This document shows, in pieces, positions 1 through 7,107 of a stretch of DNA of 11,711 nucleotides. Under the pieces are notes generated by a model. It was not told the DNA's origin, ran no database searches, and was given only the letters and a program-made list of their open reading frames with translations. The DNA is from a virus, in UHGV virus genome UHGV-0118820; one strand, 5' to 3'. Positions within the stretch are counted from its first letter, which is position 1. Every line of letters begins with the position of its first letter. The position numbers and the translations under genes are program-made.

Positions 1-108
1 TCCATCACCGAAGGTCTTCCGCGTGAAATCGAGTTGCGCCAGAAACAATACGAATACTACCGTGATTTACTGTTCAGTTTCCCGAAACCTGAAACTGTCA
101 GTAATTAA
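1..108 (+). CDS. hsdS: Type I restriction-modification specificity subunit, 3' end only (gene continues upstream of window)
   Basis: Frame 1 is open from base 1 to TAA at 106-108 and translates to [35 protein letters not shown], which resembles the conserved C-terminal tail of type I S subunits. Same orientation as hsdR, 121 bp upstream of it. Confidence 0.6.
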   Translation, partial: SITEGLPREIELRQKQYEYYRDLLFSFPKPETVSN

Positions 109-229
109 TTGACCATTGCTACCGATCGGGCCACCTTAACACCCGGTCAGTATATAGACTATTTTTTACACGCTGGAAGTCACCATTAACGCCCTTCCGG
201 CCCTTGCCAGACGGCACAAAGGATGCGCT
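109..229 (+). promoter_or_regulatory. hsdS-hsdR intergenic region with ribosome-binding site for hsdR; probable hsdR promoter not precisely located
   Basis: AAGGA at 218-222, 7 nt upstream of the ATG at 230. TTGACC at 109-114 and TATATA at 151-156 are present but their spacing does not fit a canonical sigma70 promoter, so no -35/-10 pair is called. Confidence 0.35.
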
Positions 230-3200
230 ATGACTCATCAAACACACACCATTGCTGAATCCAATAACTTTATCGTTCTTGATAAGTACATCAAAGCTGA
301 GCCAACAGGCGACAGCTACCAGAGCGAATCGGACCTGGAACGAGAACTGATTCAGGACCTGCGGAATCAGGGCTATGAATTTATATCCGTAAAATCACAG
401 TCGGCGATGCTGGCCAATGTTCGGGAACAGCTTCAGAACCTCAATGGTGTGGTGTTTAATGACAGCGAGTGGCGGCGTTTCACGGAGCAGTATCTGGATA
501 ACCCGAGCGATGGCATTCTGGATAAGACCCGTAAAATCCATATCGACTATATTTGCGACTTTATTTTTGATGACGAGCGTCTTGAGAACATCTATTTGAT
601 AGATAAAAAGAATCTCATGCGCAATAAGGTGCAGATTATCCAGCAGTTTGAACAGACGGGTTCTCATGCTAACCGTTATGACGTCACGATCCTGGTTAAT
701 GGCTTACCGCTGGTGCAAATCGAACTGAAAAAACGCGGCGTGGCGATTCGTGAGGCTTTCAACCAGATACATCGTTACAGTAAAGAGAGTTTTAACAGCG
801 AAAATTCCCTGTTTAAGTATCTGCAACTGTTTGTCATTTCTAACGGCACCGATACCCGTTATTTTGCCAACACGACAAAGCGCGATAAAAACAGTTTTGA
901 CTTCACCATGAATTGGGCGAAATCAGACAACACGCTGATTAAAGACCTCAAAGATTTTACCGCTACCTTTTTCCAGAAACATACTCTGCTTAATGTTCTG
1001 GTGAACTACAGCGTTTTTGACAGCAGTCAGACGCTACTGGTGATGCGACCGTACCAGATTGCTGCCACCGAGCGCATTCTGTGGAAAATTAAGAGTTCCT
1101 TTACAGCGAAGAACTGGTCAAAACCGGAAAGCGGTGGGTATATCTGGCACACTACCGGTTCTGGTAAAACCCTCACCAGCTTTAAAGCCGCGCGTCTGGC
1201 AACAGAGCTGGACTTTATTGATAAAGTCTTCTTCGTGGTCGACAGGAAAGACCTCGATTACCAGACCATGAAGGAATATCAGCGTTTTTCGCCAGACAGC
1301 GTCAACGGCTCGGAAAATACCGCAGGCCTTAAACGAAATCTGGATAAGGACGATAACAAAATTATCGTCACTACTATTCAGAAACTCAATAACCTGATGA
1401 AAGCAGAAAGCGACCTGCCTGTATACAATCAGCAAGTGGTGTTTATATTTGATGAATGCCACCGCAGCCAGTTTGGAGAAGCGCAGAAAAACCTGAAGAA
1501 GAAATTCAAACGCTATTATCAGTTTGGTTTTACCGGTACCCCTATTTTCCCGGAAAACGCCTTAGGCTCAGAAACGACCGCCAGCGTATTTGGTCGTGAA
1601 TTGCATTCGTATGTAATTACCGATGCGATTCGTGATGAAAAAGTGCTCAAATTCAAGGTGGACTACAACGATGTGCGGCCACAGTTTAAGTCTTTAGAGA
1701 CAGAAACTGACGAGAAAAAACTAAGTGCGGCTGAAAATCAGCAGGCGTTTCTTCATCCCATGCGTATTCAGGAAATCACGCAATATATTCTGAATAATTT
1801 CCGCCAGAAAACTCACCGTACCTTCCCTGGCTCAAAAGGTTTTAATGCTATGTTGGCAGTGAGCAGCGTGGATGCCGCGAAAGCCTATTACGCGACGTTT
1901 AAACGGTTACAAGAGGAAGCAGCTAATAAATCGGCTACCTATAAACCGCTGCGTGTTGCGACAATCTTCTCCTTTGCTGCCAATGAAGAACAAAATGCCA
2001 TTGGTGAAATTTCCGATGAAACTTTTGATACCAGCGCAATGGACAGCAGTGCTAAAGAGTTTCTTGACGCTGCAATTCGTGAGTATAACAGCTATTTTAA
2101 AACTAACTTCAGCACCGACAGTAACGGTTTTCAGAACTACTATCGTGATTTAGCCCAACGGGTTAAAAATCAGGATATCGATCTGTTAATTGTCGTGGGG
2201 ATGTTTTTAACTGGCTTCGATGCTCCAACATTGAACACGCTATTCGTCGATAAAAACTTGCGTTTTCACGGCCTGATGCAGGCATTTTCCCGCACCAACC
2301 GTATTTATGATGCAACTAAAACCTTCGGTAATATCGTCACTTTCCGGGATCTGGAACGCTCAACTATTGATGCCATAACGCTGTTTGGTGACAAAAACAC
2401 CAAAAATGTGGTTTTAGAAAAGAGTTATGCAGAGTATATGGAAGGCTTTACTGATGCTGCCACTGGTGAAGCTAAGCGCGGCTTTATGGCAGTAGTTTCA
2501 GAACTGGAACAACGGTTCCCTGACCCTGCCAGTATTGAAAGTGAAAAAGAGAAGAAAGACTTCGTTAAACTGTTTGGTGAATACCTGCGTGCCGAGAACA
2601 TCCTGCAAAACTATGATGAATTTGCCACGCTGAAAGCCCTGCAACAAATCGATCTTAGCGATCCTGTTGCGGTAGAAAAATTCAAAGCAGAACATTATGT
2701 GGATGATGAAAAGCTCGCTGAATTGCAAACAATTCGTCTCCCTGCTGATCGCAAGATTCAGGATTATCGTTCTGCCTATAACGATATTCGCGACTGGCAG
2801 CGCCGTGAGAAAGAAGCTGAGAAAAAAGAGAAATCAACCACTGACTGGGATGACGTAGTTTTTGAGGTCGATTTGCTGAAGTCTCAGGAAATAAACCTGG
2901 ATTATATCCTTGGACTGATTTTCGAACACAACAGACAAAATAAAGGCAAGGGCGAAATGATCGAAGAGGTCAAACGCTTAATTCGTTCAAGCCTAGGGAA
3001 CCGTGCTAAAGAGGGCCTGGTGGTCGATTTTATTCAGCAAACGAACCTGGATGATTTACCAGACAAAGCCAGTATCATTGAGGCATTCTTTACGTTTGCT
3101 CAACGCGAACAGCAACGTGAAGCAGAAGCATTGATAAAAGAAGAAAATCTCAATGAAGATGCAGCAAAACGCTATATTCGCACGTCTTTAAAACGCGAAT

Positions 3201-3346
3201 ACGCCACCGAAAATGGCACAGAATTAAACGAAACATTACCAAAACTTAGTCCGTTAAATCCGCAATATAAAACGAAAAAACAGGCAGTTTTCCAGAAAAT
3301 CGTCTCGTTTATTGAGAAGTTTAAAGACGTAGGCGGAAAAATATAG
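230..3346 (+). CDS. hsdR: Type I restriction enzyme R subunit (HsdR), intact, 1038 aa; EcoR124-like (type IC) by recollection
   Basis: Single uninterrupted 3117-nt ORF with SD AAGGA. Contains helicase motif I (WHTTGSGKT), DEAD-box-like motif II (FIFDECH), an N-terminal PD-(D/E)xK nuclease region (VQIELKK) and motif VI (QAFSRTNR). Length and N-terminal sequence match my recollection of EcoR124I HsdR. Confidence 0.95.
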   Translation: MTHQTHTIAESNNFIVLDKYIKAEPTGDSYQSESDLERELIQDLRNQGYEFISVKSQSAMLANVREQLQNLNGVVFNDSEWRRFTEQYLDNPSDGILDKTRKIHIDYICDFIFDDERLENIYLIDKKNLMRNKVQIIQQFEQTGSHANRYDVTILVNGLPLVQIELKKRGVAIREAFNQIHRYSKESFNSENSLFKYLQLFVISNGTDTRYFANTTKRDKNSFDFTMNWAKSDNTLIKDLKDFTATFFQKHTLLNVLVNYSVFDSSQTLLVMRPYQIAATERILWKIKSSFTAKNWSKPESGGYIWHTTGSGKTLTSFKAARLATELDFIDKVFFVVDRKDLDYQTMKEYQRFSPDSVNGSENTAGLKRNLDKDDNKIIVTTIQKLNNLMKAESDLPVYNQQVVFIFDECHRSQFGEAQKNLKKKFKRYYQFGFTGTPIFPENALGSETTASVFGRELHSYVITDAIRDEKVLKFKVDYNDVRPQFKSLETETDEKKLSAAENQQAFLHPMRIQEITQYILNNFRQKTHRTFPGSKGFNAMLAVSSVDAAKAYYATFKRLQEEAANKSATYKPLRVATIFSFAANEEQNAIGEISDETFDTSAMDSSAKEFLDAAIREYNSYFKTNFSTDSNGFQNYYRDLAQRVKNQDIDLLIVVGMFLTGFDAPTLNTLFVDKNLRFHGLMQAFSRTNRIYDATKTFGNIVTFRDLERSTIDAITLFGDKNTKNVVLEKSYAEYMEGFTDAATGEAKRGFMAVVSELEQRFPDPASIESEKEKKDFVKLFGEYLRAENILQNYDEFATLKALQQIDLSDPVAVEKFKAEHYVDDEKLAELQTIRLPADRKIQDYRSAYNDIRDWQRREKEAEKKEKSTTDWDDVVFEVDLLKSQEINLDYILGLIFEHNRQNKGKGEMIEEVKRLIRSSLGNRAKEGLVVDFIQQTNLDDLPDKASIIEAFFTFAQREQQREAEALIKEENLNEDAAKRYIRTSLKREYATENGTELNETLPKLSPLNPQYKTKKQAVFQKIVSFIEKFKDVGGKI

Positions 3347-3362
3347 CCCAATTCGTGTTTTT

Positions 3363-3391
3363 CTTGCGGGTTCTTAATTAAACCCGCAAGA
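3363..3391. other. Perfect 10-bp inverted repeat (CTTGCGGGTT / AACCCGCAAG) with 8-nt loop, 17 nt downstream of hsdR stop
   Basis: Read directly from sequence. A T-run precedes the stem on the plus strand and no U-run follows it on either strand, so it is not a canonical intrinsic terminator. Confidence 0.5.
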
Positions 3392-3429
3392 GACCGTGGG
3401 GTTCCAAATGGCTAATATACTCCCCTTAC

Positions 3430-3513
3430 CTATGCGCGACAATGCTGCCAAAAGTGATAGAGAACAGCCAGAAATAGATCGCGGCCATAATGATTTTGAA
3501 TGCCGTGTTCATA
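3430..3513 (-). CDS. Candidate small hydrophobic peptide (27 aa, MNTAFKIIMAADLFLAVLYHFWQHCRA)
   Basis: ATG at 3513-3511 preceded by AGGAG (3526-3522) with 8-nt spacer; TAG stop at 3432-3430. Below the size cutoff of the ORF track. Predicted single membrane-spanning segment. No homolog recalled. Confidence 0.25.
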   Translation of the reverse strand, partial: YEHGIQNHYGRDLFLAVLYHFWQHCRA

Positions 3514-3540
3514 TTTTCAGCTCCTGTGATTGATTGGATA

Positions 3541-3570
3541 CATGCCGCGCCTTGCGGCATGTTTTTATTT
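3541..3570 (+). terminator. Rho-independent terminator (plus strand), probable hsdR transcript end
   Basis: GC-rich hairpin CATGCCGC-gcctt-GCGGCATG (3541-3561) followed by TTTTTATTTT. Confidence 0.6.
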
Positions 3571-3581
3571 TCCCTTTCTCT

Positions 3582-3621
3582 GTTTTAAAAATCAATATTT
3601 ATTAGAGCAATTATTGCTGAT
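3582..3621. repeat. Copy A of ~40-bp imperfect direct repeat (GTTTTAAAAAT-N6-TTATTAGAGCAAT-TATTGCTGAT), overlapping the stop codon of the HAD gene
   Basis: Matches 5723..5763 by eye: identical 11-mer and identical 13-mer, similar 3' tail. The 13-mer core also occurs inverted at 5687..5699. Confidence 0.55.
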
Positions 3622-4117
3622 GAAGAAGCGCGTTTTCATACTCCCTGACCATTAACGTAAGCACGCCGTGCCTCCTGAAAACACGCGCCACTTCAATCTT
3701 ATCTTCCAGCGCGAACGCAATTTTACTTAGACCAATTTTCTTAAGGAGATCAATCTTTGCTGGACCGTCATTTCTGTCATCGGTGGCGGGACGCATAGAT
3801 AGCAAAGGCTCTGCCCCATTTGTTACGTGCTTACGCAACCAGGCTCGTGTTTTATCCCTGGCTATCTCACAGCGCCCGGTTACAAACCAGAGCGTGTAAA
3901 TGCTGGACAACTGGCGCACCATATCAATAACTGGAGTGATGGGAGCATCAGTGTCACAGGCAAGGTTAAACTCGTTCCAGTGCTCTGTTAATGCACCGTT
4001 GCCAGGCGGTGGAAGTAAATGCAGCCTGTCTTCCGTTGCCTCTGATATCGTCCCATCAATATCTACTATGACGATATACGGACGTTCCTGGTGTGCGTGT
4101 TTATTGAAAATACTCAA
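3611..4117 (-). CDS. HAD-superfamily phosphatase, resembling the 3'-phosphatase domain of T4 polynucleotide kinase-phosphatase (stand-alone, no kinase domain)
   Basis: 168-aa ORF with TTG start preceded by GAGGAGG. HAD motif I IVDIDGT near the N-terminus; C-terminal LEDKIEVARVFRRHGV resembles my recollection of the T4 Pnkp tail IDDRTQVVEMWRRIGV. No P-loop. Confidence 0.65.
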   Translation of the reverse strand: MSIFNKHAHQERPYIVIVDIDGTISEATEDRLHLLPPPGNGALTEHWNEFNLACDTDAPITPVIDMVRQLSSIYTLWFVTGRCEIARDKTRAWLRKHVTNGAEPLLSMRPATDDRNDGPAKIDLLKKIGLSKIAFALEDKIEVARVFRRHGVLTLMVREYENALLHQQ

Positions 4118-4136
4118 ATGCCCTCCTCATTGGACG

Positions 4137-4170
4137 AAAAAAATGCTGGTGGGAGCACTCCACCAGCATT
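4137..4170 (-). terminator. Rho-independent terminator for the 420-aa gene (minus strand), directly upstream of the HAD gene RBS
   Basis: 11-bp stem AATGCTGGTGG / CCACCAGCATT (4142-4152 / 4160-4170) with 7-nt loop. On the minus strand it is followed by a U-run (plus-strand A-run ending at 4143). Confidence 0.55.
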
Positions 4171-4189
4171 AAAAGTGACACTGTAACTA

Positions 4190-5452
4190 TCAGCGAACGT
4201 AAATAGTGCCGCCGTTCTCTTTTTCCCATGCATCGCTACGTGCATAGCAAACATCGAGAAGTCTTCTTGCCGCAGTTTCCTCTAAACCCAATTCGACAAC
4301 CAACTGCTCATGACGGCGGGTAACCACATCAAACAGGGTATGCAGCCCTTTAGTTGCCAGATCATCAATGAATTCCGGTTCGAACGGCAGCTCTGCATCT
4401 GCCAACATAACCTCTTGCGCCCACTCAACTCGACGGACCAGTTCCGGGCGGCGGCTTTCCATCTCTTTACAGATCAATTCATGGAAGAACTCTACCCAAC
4501 CTTCCGGCTGGAACTCGCGGAAAATTGCCAACGGCTGGAAGTTTGGCATCAACCATTCGTTGATTCGGATATCAATGGCATAGCCCATGTCGCAGCAGAA
4601 CTGATAAGCAAAGTCCAGCTTAGAAACGATATAAGGACGCTCGTTATTGAACTCTTTAGGCGATGAGATCCCATAAGCCAGGAGGCGCGGGAAGAAGGAG
4701 ATTTGCCCTAACGTCGGATGAAGTTTGCTTGCAGGGAAACGTCGCTCAGTAATGCCATACATTTCCTTCTTGAGCGTCGCAAATTTGGCATTCTCATTAA
4801 CCAGCGCGGTAACCTCTGCTTTTTTATTAGCAAATGCCACGCGCGCCTCGCTTGCATCTTTAATAGTTTTTTTGAGCTGTTGGTTAAGGTCGGCGACCTG
4901 CTTACGCAGTTCCTGTCGCTCGCTTTTAGCTTTGTTATAGCGTTTCTCAAGGTTAAAAGGATCAAGTTTCATGATCTCTTTATATTGAGATTTTAGCGTT
5001 GAAATCTGTGAGTTCCGCAGTTCAACCATCGCGGTCATTTCATTGAGTTTTGTTTCCAGCTCAATGCTTATACGTTCGGCATTATCAGCACGCTGGTTGG
5101 CGTCATGCGTCGCATCGTCGATCGCGTCCTGTTGCTGGCGTTTCAAATGTTCAATTTGCAGCTGAAGCTCTTCAATTTCTTTACCCTTCAGACCGAGATC
5201 CAACTGCATATTTTCAGCTGCATCTACCAGGGAGTTATGGCTATCAGCTTCTGCGTTATAAACATCAATAAGCTGTGCGTGAAGCATCTCCGCTGACTGA
5301 ACCGCATTATCAAAAAAACGTGCTGTGAGGTCATCACAACTAACGCGGCGTTGCGCGGCCCGGATGTTCTGGATAATGGCCGGGATACCGGCATTCAGGA
5401 CGTCAGGGATAGATACATTTTCGATTGATTGGTTTTGTGCTGAAGTGCTCAT
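4190..5452 (-). CDS. Hypothetical protein, 420 aa: N-terminal ~230 aa predicted coiled coil, C-terminal ~190 aa globular domain of unknown family
   Basis: Long uninterrupted ORF. Start ATG 5452-5450 is 1 nt downstream of the stop of the 72-aa ORF. No P-loop or nuclease motif seen. Heptad-like Q/E/K/L-rich N-terminal half. Confidence 0.8.
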   Translation of the reverse strand: MSTSAQNQSIENVSIPDVLNAGIPAIIQNIRAAQRRVSCDDLTARFFDNAVQSAEMLHAQLIDVYNAEADSHNSLVDAAENMQLDLGLKGKEIEELQLQIEHLKRQQQDAIDDATHDANQRADNAERISIELETKLNEMTAMVELRNSQISTLKSQYKEIMKLDPFNLEKRYNKAKSERQELRKQVADLNQQLKKTIKDASEARVAFANKKAEVTALVNENAKFATLKKEMYGITERRFPASKLHPTLGQISFFPRLLAYGISSPKEFNNERPYIVSKLDFAYQFCCDMGYAIDIRINEWLMPNFQPLAIFREFQPEGWVEFFHELICKEMESRRPELVRRVEWAQEVMLADAELPFEPEFIDDLATKGLHTLFDVVTRRHEQLVVELGLEETAARRLLDVCYARSDAWEKENGGTIYVR

Positions 5453-5453
5453 T

Positions 5454-5672
5454 TCAAAGTTCCGTATTAGCTTGTGCTTCGGTCATTTTTCCTAAGTATG
5501 AAGGAGGAAGGACTACGCAATTTGTATCCAGTCCCTCACCTATGGCAGCCTGTAAAATTCTGGCTAAGGTGAGTCTCTTGTTGCGATACCTGGTGATGAC
5601 ATGCCTGATACCGCCGGTCGGCGTAACAAAGGCGATCAGCCAGTAGTGATATTTCCGTCGGAATGGCCACAT
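5454..5672 (-). CDS. Hypothetical small protein (72 aa), translationally coupled to the 420-aa gene
   Basis: ATG 5672-5670 preceded by AAGGTG. Stop TGA 5456-5454, then 1 nt, then the ATG of the downstream gene. No family recognised. Confidence 0.5.
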   Translation of the reverse strand: MWPFRRKYHYWLIAFVTPTGGIRHVITRYRNKRLTLARILQAAIGEGLDTNCVVLPPSYLGKMTEAQANTEL

Positions 5673-5686
5673 AGTGCACCTTATGG

Positions 5687-5752
5687 ATTGCTCTAATAAA
5701 AAACGTGATGAGTGTACATCACGTTTTAAAAATATGGAATTATTAGAGCAAT
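5687..5752. repeat. Perfect 13-bp inverted repeat (ATTGCTCTAATAA at 5687-5699 / TTATTAGAGCAAT at 5740-5752) bracketing a terminator hairpin
   Basis: Read directly from sequence. The arms are the same 13-mer that forms the core of the direct repeat at 3599-3611. Confidence 0.6.
5698..5727 (-). terminator. Bidirectional Rho-independent terminator ending the minus-strand operon 8768..5754
   Basis: Stem CGTGATG / CATCACG (5704-5710 / 5717-5723) with 6-nt loop, flanked by A6 on the left and T4 on the right. Reads as hairpin plus U6 on the minus strand. Confidence 0.55.
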
Positions 5753-5763
5753 ATTATTCTGAT
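5723..5763. repeat. Copy B of ~40-bp imperfect direct repeat, overlapping the stop codon of the glycosyltransferase-like gene
   Basis: See copy A (3582..3621). Both copies lie directly 3' of the stop codon of a minus-strand gene. Confidence 0.55.
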
Positions 5764-6455
5764 TCTTGCTCAAAAAACGAGCTGGTAAGGGGAAGCCAAT
5801 CCTCTGACACTTCGCGAGGCCGCGGTTTGCCGTGGAAAAAGATTATTCGGCAGTCTTTTGGTAATGCCCCATTCCCCCTGGAGTAACGCGCGCTCGCATA
5901 TTTTGAACCAGGTTCCACAACATCGGCCTTGTAACTTACAAACCATCCTGGATACAGATCCTGAAATGCTGGTGTATCATCGCCCATAACCTTTCGTAAG
6001 AACCCCTGGTCACCCCAGCACTCAGTAGTGACACAACGAGAAATCCAACCTTCCGGATCTTGCCAGAATGAACTCCAGATATGCGCTTTAACACTATTTG
6101 GTATCCACAGGGCACCGCTGCCACGATATTGTGGATGGTAAAAATCCCTAAGCATGGTGAAGCTGGTTGGTGGATGCTCTAGGATTGGGCGTATATCACC
6201 GGCAATAACCGTGTCCAAATCCAGATAGAACAGATCATCGGTTATATCCGGTCGGAACAACTCGATTTTCGCCCACCAGCCACGGCACTTTTGCCACTGG
6301 TTGATCAATGGGACAACTTTGACGCCAGGTACATGTAAACGCTTCAGGTCTGTCAGGCAAATAATTTCATAGCCTTTTGGCAGTTGATTAACCAGCCACT
6401 GCACATCGGAAGCGTTATAGTCACCACCAGAGCGAAAAACTAAAGCAATCTTCAT
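5754..6455 (-). CDS. Putative GT-A fold glycosyltransferase (DxD-type), 233 aa
   Basis: [13 protein letters not shown] matches the DxD nucleotide-sugar/metal motif context. C-terminal FHGKPRP resembles the H-x-G-x-KPW motif of GT8/GT32-like enzymes. ATG overlaps the stop of the upstream phosphatase ORF as ATGA. Confidence 0.55.
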   Translation of the reverse strand: MKIALVFRSGGDYNASDVQWLVNQLPKGYEIICLTDLKRLHVPGVKVVPLINQWQKCRGWWAKIELFRPDITDDLFYLDLDTVIAGDIRPILEHPPTSFTMLRDFYHPQYRGSGALWIPNSVKAHIWSSFWQDPEGWISRCVTTECWGDQGFLRKVMGDDTPAFQDLYPGWFVSYKADVVEPGSKYASARYSRGNGALPKDCRIIFFHGKPRPREVSEDWLPLTSSFFEQESE

Positions 6456-7107
6456 GCTGCACCATCACCTTTCACTTTCATCAATGTCAGGTTTCCGCAA
6501 AATACGGCACCAGTGTCGATATACTGCTGATTCCAGAATGTCTTCGGGCTTTTCACCGGAGTGTGACCAAAGATAAAACGATCTGCGCCCGAAATTTCGC
6601 CACCAATATCATCCATCGAATCACTGATACGCTCGCGCGCCCAGACAACGTTGAAAAGCGGCACCTCCTTACCGAATTGGTATTCATTATCCGGATAGTC
6701 GGCATGGGCTATAACGATAGTTTCTTGCCCGGTGTTCAACTCAATGATATAGGGCAGACGTCTTACCAGCTCCACCAGCGCCCTGGCTAATATTTCCTGA
6801 TCAGTGTCCAGCATGAAGAACCATTGTCCGCCATTCATTAGCCAGTTATTCACGTTATCATCAGCCGCTCATGGTTCCCCATCACTGCCCTGAACCAGGG
6901 CATCTGCAATAGTTCCAGACATTCGACATTTTCAGTACCGCGATCGATAAGGTCGCCGACCGATATCAGTAAATCCTGCGCCGGGTCAAAATCCACACGA
7001 TGGAGTTCGGACATCAGTCTGGTGTAGCAACCATGCAGATCACCAACAACCCAGACATTCCTGTATTTGGTACCGTCGATACGGTGATAAATTGTGGGTG
7101 CCATCAT
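6452..7107 (-). pseudogene. Lambda-type Ser/Thr protein phosphatase (calcineurin-like metallophosphoesterase), interrupted by a frameshift
   Basis: Two adjacent ORFs (7107..6850 and 6853..6452) in different frames. Together they carry GDLHGC, GDLIDRG, GNHE, then WLMNGG and [13 protein letters not shown], closely matching my recollection of lambda phosphatase. The frame breaks right after GNHERLMIT, where about 7 residues expected before NVNNW are missing. Confidence 0.75.

Noticed and set aside
109-160. Specific -35/-10 call for the hsdR promoter (TTGACC 109-114, TATATA 151-156)
   Set aside because: The spacing between these hexamers is about 36 bp, which does not fit a sigma70 promoter. Only the SD is reported.
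108-230. PrrC-type anticodon nuclease gene within the hsd locus
   Set aside because: The hsdS-hsdR gap is only 121 bp and nothing resembling PrrC is elsewhere in the window.
395-2728. Six ORF-track entries inside hsdR (395..667 -, 417..599 +, 1059..1271 +, 1118..1462 -, 1872..2153 +, 2498..2728 -)
   Set aside because: All lie wholly within the 1038-aa hsdR ORF in other frames or antisense, with no RBS or recognisable motif. Spurious.
3363-3391. Stem-loop right after hsdR as the hsdR terminator
   Set aside because: No U-run follows the stem on either strand. The hairpin at 3541-3570 is the canonical terminator.
3408-3533. Plus-strand 41-codon ORF (MANILPLPMRDNAAK...) in the hsdR 3' region
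   Set aside because: Weak RBS and hydrophilic low-complexity product. It is antisense to the better-supported minus-strand peptide ORF, so both cannot be called confidently.
3900-4172. Plus-strand 90-aa ORF
   Set aside because: Antisense to and contained in the HAD phosphatase gene. No motif.
4310-5296. Seven short ORFs overlapping the 420-aa gene (4310..4666 +, 4368..4583 +, 4708..4965 -, 4718..4996 +, 4725..4940 +, 5050..5271 +, 5105..5296 +)
   Set aside because: Each is embedded in the long minus-strand ORF in another frame or antisense. The low-complexity coiled-coil coding sequence tends to leave open frames.
5425-5646. Plus-strand 73-aa ORF opposite the 72-aa gene
   Set aside because: No RBS, and the minus-strand ORF has an SD and stop/start coupling to the downstream gene. 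The minus-strand call itself is only moderate confidence.
5674-6124. ORFs 5674..5886 + and 5936..6124 -
   Set aside because: Contained in the glycosyltransferase-like gene (antisense or out of frame).
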